Shown here in pieces: positions 1 through 11,420 of a stretch of 64,000 nt of DNA; positions within the stretch are counted from its first letter, which is position 1, and every line of letters starts with the position of its first letter. Position numbers and translations under genes: made by a program. Source of the stretch: Macrostomum lignano (Eukaryota); assembly GCA_002269645.1 (NCBI GenBank), contig NIVC01003264.1:1-64000 (forward strand). Direction: 5' to 3'. The notes below the pieces were generated by a model that searched no databases, had not been told where the DNA came from, and worked only from the letters and a program-made list of their open reading frames with translations.

Positions 1-419
1 TTAATTTTAGCTTCGCAGTTTATAAAAGTTGACTAAATATTAGGACACTTGGGCGCTTAACACGTCGACTGTCGCGCCACAAGCAAAATTCTGGTTGCTT
101 CGAATAATCATTTTATGCCATAGCCTGACATCACTGTTCATGTACCTGCAACCCCGCAGGTAACAATGTCCTCCTCCGCATCAGGCGAGGCGAAATGCGA
201 AAGTGCACCATGCATTCAGTTCGAAGAGTATCACGAGCCCAAATCAACTGGTGGATTTTAAGTCGGTCAAATCGACTAACGAAAGTTGTTCGTAGAAATC
301 GAATAGTGCTCTGGCTTGTTGCATTCAGGTAATGGCTTTGAATAGTGTTTAACGTAATAGGGCAAGGCGATATGTTAGCGACTAATTAACAGATATTTGA
401 CAGAGTTCTAAAGCCTGCG

Positions 420-790
420 TGGTCGTTTGGTAGCCAATCAGCGAGGAGAGAAAGGTAGAGAGGAAACGGAAGGCGGTAGATTGGCAGCCAATTATCACAG
501 AGAGAGGGGTAGAGATGGAGGGCAGGGTGGTAGATTGGCAGCCAATTATCACAGAGAGAGGGGTAGAGATGGAGAGGCAGGGTGGTAGATTGGCAGCCAA
601 TCAGTGCATAGAGAGGGGATAGTGAGGGAGGTTGGCACTCGGCAGCCAATAAGCACAGAGAGCAGGGGTTAAAAGGAGACGGAGGGCGGTAGATTGGCAG
701 CCAATCAGTACAGAGGAAGGGGTACATGTAGATAGGAAGGCTGGCAGCCAATTAGCACAGAGAAGTGCTCTCAGCCAATCAGCTGATACA
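420..790. repeat. Imperfect ~53-55 bp minisatellite carrying ATTGGC-A-GCCAAT (intronic copy)
   Basis: Repeated gtagattggcagccaat(t/c)a..cacagagagaggggtagagatgg units. Confidence 0.85.
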
Positions 791-889
791 ACTCTGAAAT
801 CCAGAGATGCAGCAAAGTGAAAATTTATGATTTCCTTGCGGAAAAGTTTTTTTTTTACTTTTTGAGCACTACTTTTCCTTCCCGCTCAG

Positions 890-1801
890 AACACGCAAAT
901 CTCTGGTCGAATTGGAGGCTGGCGAAATCGACTGGAGGAGCGAGAAAATTAGCGTCCTGGCCACGGTGAAGTGGGACCTCCAAGTGGCCATCGACATCGA
1001 CCCGGACCAGAGTCTTGGCAACCGGGTCCGCGGCTGCCGTAGGTGCCTGATCGGACCCAAGGTCTGCGAAGGAGAGCGCCGACGGCTGCCAGCCTCCGCG
1101 TTGAGCTCGCTGAGCGCTGCCGACTGCCAGAGCCTCATCTGGTATCCGAGGCGGGGTCAAGTGCAGCTGGATGACAGAAAATGTAAGTGAATATTTAAAC
1201 TGATCTCCGTTTCCTGTTTGATCTCTGTCGAACTTTCTGCCTTCGCTTCCTTGTCGCTGATTGGCTGGAATCTCTCTCCTACCCTGTCTTTGCATCCCTG
1301 CCCCACCTCGTGCCACTGATTGGTTTGGGAAAATATTACCTTCCCTTTGTTTCCCTGCATCTCTGTCCATCCTGATTGCTGATTGGCTGGTGAAATTACC
1401 TCTCTCCAGTTAATTTTCGTACTGAGTATCTGCAGTGTCCAAAATTTAATTATTTGATAATTGCAGCGAAAGTACAAATCCTGGTGCCTCCAAGGAAGAT
1501 CATCGCGGACAGCTGGGAGCAGTGGGTCACAGAGATGACCGGCTCAGTTAGCAAGGTGGACATGAGCGTCAGGCCGGATTATCTATACGTAGATCATTGC
1601 ATTGATGATCCATTCATCAGCACCTACCGCAGCAGGGCCCGCCGCTGCCTAGTGCCGCTGGTGAAGGAGGAGCCCCAGAAACAACAGCAGCAGCAGCAAC
1701 AGCAGAAGCAGCAGCTGCGACAGCCGCAGCGGCAGTCGACGGTGTCGGCAAACGTCGAAGCATCGATGGGCGACGAGCCGCCAAGACAGCGCAGCCAGTG
1801 A
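890..1801 (+). CDS. Partial multi-exon gene of unknown function (exons 890-1182 and 1467-1801; possible upstream exon 160-328), with a poly-Q tract near the C-terminus
   Basis: Acceptor ttttccttcccgctcag|890, donor t|gtaagt at 1183, acceptor ttgcag|1467. Phase 1 joins ORF 912..1190 to ORF 1454..1801 in frame (..DDRK-S-KVQIL..). GC-rich and coding-like. Exon 160-328 is phase-compatible but uncertain. No family recognised. Confidence 0.55.
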
Positions 1802-2179
1802 GCAGCTCTAATCTTATAGCTGGTCTTCACAACCAAACTCAAGCGCAATCTGAGCAGTTATTAAATAATATTAACAATATAACTTATCACGTTTTATTAA
1901 AAGCTAAAGAGGTATCAACACTGCGTTTCAACTCTTTTTTGCAGTCGAATTTTAGCTTGTAAAACCGACGCAGCTTATGTTGCCGTCTACAGTCAGTGGT
2001 CACGTGACTGCAGCGAAATGAGACGAAAGGCTCGCATAAAAAGGCTTTTTATAATATTTTCGTGCTACAAATACACCATTGATAATTTCTGAGTATTTGC
2101 TTCCGTTCAACGTAGAAACACAATTATTTTGCCTCTCTTACTTACAACTGGCTAAATAATTAACGAGAAAGTGATTAGA

Positions 2180-2400
2180 TACTGCAAGCCAATCAGCACA
2201 GAGAGAGGGGTAGAGATGGAGAGGCAGGGTTATAGATCGGCAGCCAATTATCACAGAGAGAGGGTAGAGGTGAAGAGGCAGGGTTGTAGATCGGCAGCCA
2301 ATTATCACAGAGAGAGGGTAGAGATAGAGAGGCAGGGTGGTAGATTGGCAGCCAATCAGCGCAAGGGAGAGCGGTAGAGATGCAGAGGTAGTGCGGTTGG
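2180..2400. repeat. Second cluster of the same CCAAT-palindrome minisatellite
   Basis: Same units as 420-790 (tagat(c/t)ggcagccaattatcacagagagagggtagag). Confidence 0.8.
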
Positions 2401-2927
2401 TGAATTGGGAGTGACATGATAAGAGTGACTGGAAAGTACTAAGTTTATTGAGAGTGACAGGGGAGAGTACTAAGTTGAGAGTAATAAGGGAAGAGTGGCA
2501 AGTCGATAGTGAACGGGGAGAGTGACAAGGTGAAAGTAACAAGGAGCAAATGACTTTCGCAGCAAGTGGGGATGACCACAAATAGATTGCATTTATTTAA
2601 TCGCAACAGTACCTGATACCTATAAAAGTATATCTTTTATCAAAGCGGAAAAACGCTCAGTTAAAGTTTGACAACTCGATTTCTTATCAAGCAACTGCCA
2701 GCCGTTTCTCGCAGCGGCCCCTCGCGTGCAAAGCTGTGCCTGCCGGCATTCCAAAGCAGCTCAAATCTTTTTTTTCAATAACACTAAAGCACTTGTACTA
2801 AAACTGAGTTTTTGAGCAATCGTACGGCTGAGTGTGCACCCTACTGTGCAAGTGCGGGTCAATTAAACCTTTTTTTGTCTGCGTTAGCAGAAAAATGAAA
2901 CAAGAACGAAAGACGCGTAATTTTTTG

Positions 2928-3451
2928 CACAGATTGACTGTCACAGATTGACTGTCACAGATTGACTGTCACAGATTGACTGTCACAGATTGACTGTCAC
3001 AGATTGACTGTCACAGATTGACTGTCACAGATTGACTGTCACAGATTCAGATGGACTGTCACAGATTGACTGTCACAGATTGACTGTCACAGATTGACTG
3101 TCACAGATTGACTGTCACAGATTGACTGTCACAGATTGACTGTCACAGATTGACTGTCACAGATTGACTGTCACAGATTGACTGTCACAGATTGACTGTC
3201 ACAGATTGACTGTCACAGATTGACTGTCACAGATTGACTGTCACAGATTGACTGTCACAGATTGACTGTCACAGATTGACTGTCACAGATTGACTGTCAC
3301 AGATTGACTGTCACAGATTGACTGTCACAGATTGACTGTCACAGATTGACTGTCACAGATTGACTGTCACAGATTGACTGTCACAGATGGACTGTCACAG
3401 ATTGACTGTAACAGATTGACTGTCACAGATTGGCTGTCACAGATTGACTGT
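2928..3451. repeat. 14 bp tandem satellite (CACAGATTGACTGT)n
   Basis: Near-perfect array read directly; the unit contains the inverted 4-mers ACAG/CTGT. Confidence 0.97.
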
Positions 3452-3550
3452 TGATCGATTGATTGATTGATCAATTGGGGTTGCTTTCACAGGCTAGAAC
3501 TTCGCAAGCATGAAAACTTACATTGTCAAAATTGTTTAAGTTTCGCCGTA

Positions 3551-3790
3551 GAGAGTTTTAGCTTAGTGGTTAGAGTGTCGGACTCTTGACTGAAAGGTTG
3601 GGGGTTCGATTCTTGACCCAATCGGAACAATTTGTGTCCTTGAGCAAGACACTTACCTCTGCATTGTTTCATTTCACTCAGTTGTAAAATGGGTGCCAGC
3701 ATTAGCTGTGGTAATTGAGGGTGTGTGTGGCGACCCCCAGTCCTTGGACTGAACAGCCGTACGCAGCCTTCAGATGCGCCGCGCAATAGC
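3551..3790 (+). mobile_element. tRNA-derived CORE-like SINE, copy 1
   Basis: A box tagcttagtgg (3559), B box ggttcgattc (3603), then tgtgtccttgagcaagacacttacc...gtaaaatggg, which resembles the MIR/CORE domain. Second copy at 37157-37388. Confidence 0.8.
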
Positions 3791-4291
3791 TTCGTCTCGA
3801 GCTTATGAAACTCCACTATTCCTGTCCTATTCCTGACATTGCCTGAATTTCACAAACTCTAAAGCTGTGCTGAGCAGGTCAGGCCTATCTGCCAGCACTG
3901 AGTTCTAAACCAAGATAGTTTCAAAAAGTACGAGAACTCTTGCCGTAATCTACTGGGGTAGCTCGATTTTTTCCAGGTGCCAGAATCTGCTCCGAGCTTC
4001 ACTTTTATCACGGCAGGCAGCTTGCGCAAGTTCAGAGCGGCCCTCTGCAAGCCCCCCCCCCTCAAGAAATGTTGCGTTCAAATCGTTTTTTAAAAAGCGC
4101 TGCCCGACAAGCAAAGGTTGTGCAAACTGGCCTCAGATCAGACCCTGCGAATTTCTTTCTTCTTCAAAGTCGGAGCTGGTGAGATAAACAGTGAGCACTT
4201 CTTCGCCTTGGAGAGAGCTCATGCTCTGCATAAAAAGGTGTTGGCAGAAGATTTTTACAGGTGCAACCAGCCAGTAAAAGCAGGCAAAAAT

Positions 4292-7200
4292 ATGGGTAGC
4301 AACGGAACAAGCGACCGGGAGGACCTGTCATCCTGCGATGCCGAGGAGGCCAGCGACGCGTTTGATGATCCCGGAGTCGAGGAGACCAAGGTGAGTACCG
4401 GATCACCGAGAGTTGAGTTCACTGGCTATTGGAATTAAACTAGATAGAGATCCGACAAGATCCGATCAGATAGGATGCGATAACAGGATGGGATCAGACA
4501 GGATGGGATCAGACAGGATGGGATCAGACAGGATGGGATCAGACAGGATGGGATCAGACAGGATGGGATCAGACAGGATGGGATCAGACAGGATGGGATC
4601 AGACAGGATGGGATCAGACAGGATGGGATCAGACAGGATGGGATCAGACAGGATGGGATCAGACAGGATGGGATCAGACAGGATGGGATCAGACAGGATG
4701 GGATCAGACAGGATGGGATCAGACAGGATGGGATCAGACAGGATGGGATCAGACAGGATGGGATCAGACAGGATGGGATCAGACAGGATGGGATCAGACA
4801 GGATGGGATCAGACAGGATGGGATCAGACAGGATGGGATCAGACAGGATGGGATCAGACAGGATGGGATCAGACAGGATGGGGTCAGACAGGATGGGATC
4901 AGGAAGATCCGGTCTCGTCTCGACCAGATCGAGTTCGGCGTGCTGTTTGACATCGACGGGGTGATCGCGCTGGGCCTGAACCCGCTGCCGCAGGCGCGCG
5001 AGGCCATTCGCATGCTGATCTGCCCGGAGACCGGCCGGCCGCGGGTGCCGTTCGCCTTCGTCACTAACGGCTGCGCATTGGGCGACAGCAAGGCGAAGAA
5101 GCTGTCGCAGTGGTTCGACGTGCAGGTGAGACCTGGCGGGGCTCGAGTTTGATTGCCCAAATAAATTAAAGTTTTCATCAATTCAACTCTGCTAATGGAC
5201 AGCAAGACCCAGGGGGTACCTTACAGTACTTTAGGAAACGTTACTGCCCACTCCGACGACTCCCCTCAGCAGGCACACAAGTGCGCGGATACGTACGCAG
5301 TCACACAGGAGTGTACACCGGCCCTAACTTTATTATCGTTAGGCATGTACACTTCACTGTGCCTTGGGGTTGGCCCTCAAGGCCGTTAATTGCACAAGCA
5401 AAGAGCCAAGCTGAGATTAAAATTTAGCCCCAAATTAATGTGACTGCACTGGGAATCGAGCCTGGGCCGCTGGTACACCAGAGGCCATTAGGCTACGGAC
5501 CCTTACGTTTGGACGTATGTTAGTGCTTGCGTTTTTGTACGTCTATTATATCGTAATTTAATTGTACACAGAGTGCATGCTCATAGTTGATAATATCCAC
5601 ATAAGAGTCCTCTGTACCTATGGCATTAAATACCGCCATAAGTAATCGCTCATAATTGCTCAATCCGAATCCGCCCGCAGGTCAGCCCGGACCAGTGCAT
5701 CCACTCGCAGTCGCCGCTCTCCGTGTTCACCAAGTGGCACCACAAGCGGGTCCTGTTCGTTGGTCAGGGACCGATTCTGGAGATTGCTGAGAGGCGAGTG
5801 GCGGGGGGGCTGCTGCAACATGGACCCCTAATTAATCTCTGGACTGGAGGCGAATGAAATAGGAAACAGTTTTCCGTGATCAGCTGAAGAAGAAAGCTGG
5901 TGCATATCGAGAAATTGGATTTTTCTAGCCAAGCCCCTAGAGTGGGGTTCCCCGCGGGAGTCCATTGCGCCTGGAGCACTATTTATTACTCCAAATCATC
6001 TCTGATCTTTTTAGTCTGGGCTTCACAAATGTTTGCGAGCTCGAAGATGTGAAGAAAGCTTATCCCCTGCTGGACATGGTGGATCACAACAATAGAAAGT
6101 CGGTGGTGAGCAAATTTTTTAATACTAATTTTAGTAGTTCTAATAATATTGCTCTAGTTAATAGAACCGTTACTTATCAACATTTCAGGCAAACGGCTAT
6201 GTGGAGAATCCCGACTTTCCAAGAATCGAATGTAAGCCTGTGGTGATTCGAATATAGAGAATCCACAACTGAGGATCTCACTTGGCAAATTGGAGGGAGA
6301 ATCCACAATAGGGAATCCCAGTTGTTTAACTTGAGGGGAATCCATAATAGGGAATCTCAGTTATTGAACTGAATGGGGAATCCATAATAGGGAATCCCAG
6401 TTATTGAACTGAATGGGGAATCCATAATAGGGAATCCCAATTATTGAACTCGGTGGGGAATCCATAATAGGGAATCTCAGTTATTGAACTGAATGGGGAA
6501 TCCATAATAGGGAATCCCAGTTATTGAACTGAATGGGGAATCCATAATAGGGAATCCCAATTATTGAACTCGGTGGGGAATCCATAATAGGGAATCCCAG
6601 TTATTAAACTGAATGGGGAATCCATAATAGGGAATCTCAGTTATTGAACTGAATGGGGAATCCATAATAAGGAATCCCAGTTATTGAACTGAATGGGGAA
6701 TCCATAATAGGGAATCCCAATTATTGAACTCGATGGGGAATCCATAATAGGGAATCCCAGTTATTGAATTGGATGGGGAATCCATCATAGGGAATCTCAG
6801 TTATTGAACTGGATGGGGAATCCATAATAGGGAATCCCAGTTATTGAATTGGATGGGAATCCATAATAGGGAATCCCAGTTATTGAATTGGATGGGGAAT
6901 CCATCATAGGGAATCTCAGTTATTGAACTGGATGGGGAATCCATAATAGGGAATCCCAGTTATTGAATTGGATGGGAATCCATAATAGGGAATCCCAGTT
7001 ATTGAAGTTATTGAACTGGATGGGGAGTCCACAATGAAAATCCCAAAGTATCAAGTGGAAGGGAAATCCATTTGGAGAATTCCAAACATCGAAGGATAGA
7101 GGGAATTCCAGTTAGTGAAATGGAAAGGTCAGGAGTTCCCCAGCCTATGAACGCGAACACGAGCTGGTCACATATCAAATTGCAATGTGACGAAACGTTA

Positions 7201-10200
7201 AAATCCCAAAATCCCTAGGCATAATCTCAATCGGCGAGCCGGACCGCTGGGAGTCCTACCTGCAGCTCATCATCGACCTGCTGGTGACCAACGGCAAACC
7301 GGACAAGGCCCCGGAGCGGTACCCGGACACACACCTGCCCATCCTGGCTTGCAATATGGATCTGGTCTTCAAGGCGGAGGCCTGTATGCCGAGGTGTGAC
7401 AACTATCATTATTGTGTATGTTTTACTGTTATCGACTTGTTCAACTACTTATTTAGTAGTATTCGCACGCTTATACCTTTACAGGTTTGGCCATGGCTCA
7501 TTCCTGCTCTGCCTGGAGGCTCTCTACGAAAAGATCACGGGCAACGCGCTGCAATACACGCACCTGATTGGCAAACCGTCGGAGATCACTTATCGATTTT
7601 CCGAGCACACGATCGCCAAACTGGCTATGCAGATTCCGGGGGCTGGGCCCATCAAGAGGATCTACTTTGTAGGGTGAGTTCATATTGCTTATGTAGGCTT
7701 TCAATCAGCCGAATGCGTCAGGTGTACCTGAAATTTATCGATGAAACTGGAACCCCTAGGGTGACACTGAGGCCCCTAAGGTGACACCAGAAGGTCCGGA
7801 ACCCATTAAATGAACCAGGAATGTGTTTGATACCAGTAGCTTCTATCACCACTCTATCAACTGCAAACCCCGCAGCGACAACCCCGAGGTGGACATCAAG
7901 GGCGCAAACCTGTACAACAAGTACCTGGGCCGTTACCGGCGCCTCTCAGGCTCCCTGTCGGGCCCGCCGACCATCGAGCAGATCCGGGCGATCAGGCGTC
8001 AGATCGACATTTCAAAGTCCCGTATGATACCGGATGATGCCGAGTTTATGGAACACTCCGCCAAGCTCTTCATCTGTAAGTGAAGTTGGAGTCTACTTAC
8101 TGAAAACTGGTCCACAGACTAGTCTACTAGTCGCACTTCAGCAAACAACCATTCTAAACTGTACATTCCATTCCGTAAATCCTATTGTGTACATTCGCCC
8201 ACCCACCTCCCTCTTTTTTGCCTATCTGTCCTTGAGAGACGCTAATTAAACTTTACGCTCGTAGCAATAAAAAACAAAATACGGTCATTAAGTTTAGCAA
8301 CAGTTCTGGCTCGAGTAATTATTAATCTACATTCCTACCCTACCCACCATTAGGGAATACAAAATCCCGAGTGATCTAAAGGCATCTAAAGGGTGTCCTG
8401 ATAGTGCTAAGAATGAGGTCTTTCGCATAGGGGGGGGGGGGGCTTCTGATCTGCGCAAGGTCGAGACCCCCTGATTTTCGCTGGGTTTGAGATAGAGGGA
8501 GAGTTCAAATGAACAATCGTTTGACTCCCGTCTGGCAAGCTATAGCGCTGTGATCGGAAACAATGATAAATTGGTCTCTATTGCTTTAGACTCTGTGCAC
8601 AGGTTTTAGAAGAATAAACTAGCAATCTACGCCCCCCGTTGGGGAGCCAAAGAAATGCAATACACGTTTTTTTAATAAGCTACATGTATCCTTGAAATCT
8701 TAAAAAATCTCCTGTCAAACCTTGTAAGCCTTGACATGTCAGTAATTCCCCCCCACAAGCTTTAACATATCAACTTCCCCCCTTGACATCTCAGCAATGC
8801 CCCCAATAAGCCTTGGAAATCTAAAAATATCTGTCGACCTTCTAACCCTAACCCTAGCCTAACCCTAACCCTAACCTAACCCTAAAGCATTGAAATTTCA
8901 GTAATTCTCTCTAAGAGTCATTATAGATTTCAGCATTATAGCGATTCCCTGCAAGCCTCGACATCGTAGGGATTCCCTTCTCTTAACTGATGAATCTCTT
9001 AACTTCGACATGAAGCTTCTTTTATTTTTTACATTACGCTTTTTTTATCAGCGATCCCTCCCCTGAGGAGGCATCAAATAATGTAATAAAAAGTTTTCAA
9101 TAAACTACATGTAGCTTCTGACTTTAGCCTTGAAATCTCATTTATACCCCCGTGAGCCTTGACATCTCAGCTATTCCCCCCGTAAGCCTTGACATGTCAG
9201 CGATGGCCCCCATAAACCTTGAAATCTAAAAAATCCCCTGTTATTCTGTTAACCTTGAAACCCGATAAAATATAACCCTCAACCCACACCTGACCTAAAC
9301 CTAACTTTAACCCAACCTAAAGCCTTGAAATCTCAGCAATTCTTCTCCCCTAAGCCTTGACATTTTAGTGATTCCTTCTCTTTTCGAATCCCGGACAAGT
9401 GTGATCCCGGGTAAGGAATACAATCTCGGGATCCCGGGATCCCGAAATCCCGGCATTAGGCCCAAATCCCGGGATTCGACCTTGCGCAGATCAGAAGCCC
9501 CCCCATCTTATGCGAAAGACCTCATTCTTAGCACTATCGGGACACCCTTTAGCTGCCCAGCATAGTGGTGGTGGCAGAACTATGTACTTTAAGCAGTCCC
9601 TACCTTCAAAACTCCTTGGCCGTAGTATGGGATTAGAACAGTGGGACCTTGCATCGGACCACAACCCAAGCTACCAGTTCTCCATCTAGGGCGGGTGCCT
9701 CTGGGAGGGTGAGGTCTGATCCCCTTCTACCCTGGCATCAGAGCCTCGATAGCTCTGTAAGCTATCATTCCCCAGGTTACATCACAATCAAGTGTGATTT
9801 TCCTGAGCTGATACTGGCATGTAAAGAAGCACGTCTATTGCGCCAGCCCGTACATCAGACTCCAATTCAGGGCTCACTGTCAGCTTCTTGTTTGCAAAAT
9901 ACTTTGTTTTGTTCTACTTTATTATTGAAAGCCCTTTAAAATCAGGTTAGATGGCTTCGTACACCCAAATTGCACCAACAAAGATTATAAACTTTTTTTA
10001 ATCCTGGGATCACGAGATCCCCGCCCAATATGTTGAGATCCCGGGATTGGCAAAGTCCGGGATATCCCGATCCCGAGAATCCCGGGATTTTCAAAGTCCG
10101 GGATATCCTGATCCCGAGAATCCCGGGATTTGGGCCTAATCCCGGGATTTCGGGATCCCGAGATCCAGGGATTGTATTCCTACCCACCTTTCTCTGTAAG

Positions 10201-10825
10201 CTACCCTTAGTCCCAACATCTCCTATTACGAGTAATCTCTGGTCGTCTCGCGCAGACCACATTTTACCAATCGAAAAACAGCCATAAAAGCCTCAAATAC
10301 CATACATTCTCGCCAGTCGCCACATTCTAACCTCTGCTTATCTTCCCCTGATAGACACTAGCCCATCTTCAGCAATAATAAGAGGCGGTCATTAAATTCC
10401 GTAACTGTACATTCCTACCCACTCGCTGTTTTCTCTAACCTCTTTCCCTCACCTCTCATTGGCTAGCATTAGCCAAATTTAACCAATCGATAAAAACGGT
10501 CTTTAAACCCAAAACTGTACATTCTCGACACTCCAAATTCCTCTCTGACAGACTGACCTATCTCTCCCTAAGAAGCGCTCAGAATTTCAGCAATAAAAAA
10601 ACGACCTATAATTTCTGAAAATTGACTAATTACATTCTTAACCTTGTAGCCATCCTCGTGGGCACCGGGGTGTACAATCCGAGCGCCACCTCAATGTGCG
10701 GTCCGCACGTCTACCACGGCCACCGGGACATCGAGCGAGACGACGAGCTCACTAAGCCGCACTTCTACTTCGACGACTGCCACAAAGCCGTGCAATTCAT
10801 CTTTTCTAAGGAGAAATTCAAATGA
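4292..10825 (+). CDS. HDHD5: HAD class IIA hydrolase, HDHD5/CECR5 family; 9 coding exons 4292-4390, 4928-5125, 5681-5793, 6015-6105, 6189-6231, 7219-7393, 7485-7673, 7876-8075, 10650-10825 (427 aa)
   Basis: All splice phases join in frame (1284 nt including stop). HAD motifs FDIDGV, VTN, GKP and GDNPEVD. HDHD5-type segments GEPDRWESYLQL, LPILACNMDL, PRFGHGSFLLCLE, SILVGTGVYNP and HGHRD. AATAAA at 11243. The exon 2 acceptor (4928) is the best pyrimidine-rich choice; 4907 is also in phase. Confidence 0.93.
4483..4902. repeat. 15 bp tandem satellite (GGGATCAGACAGGAT)n filling HDHD5 intron 1
   Basis: About 28 near-perfect copies. Confidence 0.97.
5240..5508 (-). mobile_element. Second tRNA-derived SINE family, copy 1 (in HDHD5 intron 2)
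   Basis: Reverse-complement match to 32965-33279. The minus-strand head has A-box-like tagcctaatgg and B-box-like ggctcgattcc. Confidence 0.75.
6296..7030. repeat. ~40 bp minisatellite (GGGAATCCATAATAGGGAATCCCAGTTATTGAACTGAATG)n in HDHD5 intron 5
   Basis: Tandem units with degenerate edges. Confidence 0.95.
8351..10182. mobile_element. Non-autonomous hAT-like DNA transposon (outer element) in HDHD5 intron 8
   Basis: TIRs tagggaatacaaaatccc (8351) and gggattgtattccta (ends 10182). 8 bp TSD-like flanks cccaccat (8343-8350) and cccacctt (10183-10190), 7/8 identical. CCCGGGAT-rich subterminal repeats. Confidence 0.7.
8386..9552. mobile_element. Non-autonomous TIR element (inner) with ~77 bp terminal inverted repeats, possibly Tc1/mariner-type (TA-flanked)
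   Basis: ctaaagggtgtcctgatagtgctaagaatgaggtctttcgcata...ctgcgcaaggtcga (8386-8464) is the reverse complement of 9476-9552. Internal degenerate aagccttgacatctcagcaat repeats. No transposase ORF. Confidence 0.8.
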
Positions 10826-11420
10826 TTAAATAGTTCGCATAATTTGCTGAATCCAGTCTTCGTTACTGTGTCCTATTGTGCCCAGTTTTTGCCCGCTTCC
10901 AGCACTTCCTGACCAAATTGAAAGAAGAAAACAATTCAAATGGACACACACGATGCTTTCTCTATACTGTAGACATTGATCCAAGCTAAGATCAAAGTTC
11001 AATTGCTTATTGTCGCTCGAGACTTTTTAAGTATGATCAGCTTCCAATAATGTTTGCACGCTGGAATATAATACTTTAAGTAGAGTGCTGACGGGTTTAC
11101 TATTACAAGCGTAGCCTCATTGGGAGTTCGAATTAAATGTTTTTTAGCTTAAATGTGCTCAGAGATAGAAAACGGCATGGTAAGCTTCCAAATGTCTTTG
11201 CAACAGCTACAGCAATGAAAGATTTCTAAATATTTCATACTTAATAAATCAATTTACAGAACACTTCAAAGTTGCAATTTCTCATGCTCACAGTTCAAAC
11301 TGGATTTTACATGTGGATAAGCTGGGACGAGTAGAGAGGAGGGGAGGACGAGGGGAGAGGTTAAACAACTCATATGATTAAGGGGTGATGCAGGATGATG
11401 AGGGCATAAGGAAGGGATTA

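Noticed and set aside
160-328. First exon of the left-edge gene
   Set aside because: Splice phases fit one frame, but all three frames are partly open and none is recognisable, so it was not included in the CDS call.
4413-5205. ORFs with SDRMG / CLIPS repeats
   Set aside because: Translations of the 15 bp intronic satellite; the real exon begins at about 4928.
6296-7030. GGGAATCCC (Rel/NF-kB-like) motifs in the 40 bp minisatellite
   Set aside because: A short degenerate motif inside an intronic repeat, with no independent sign of function.
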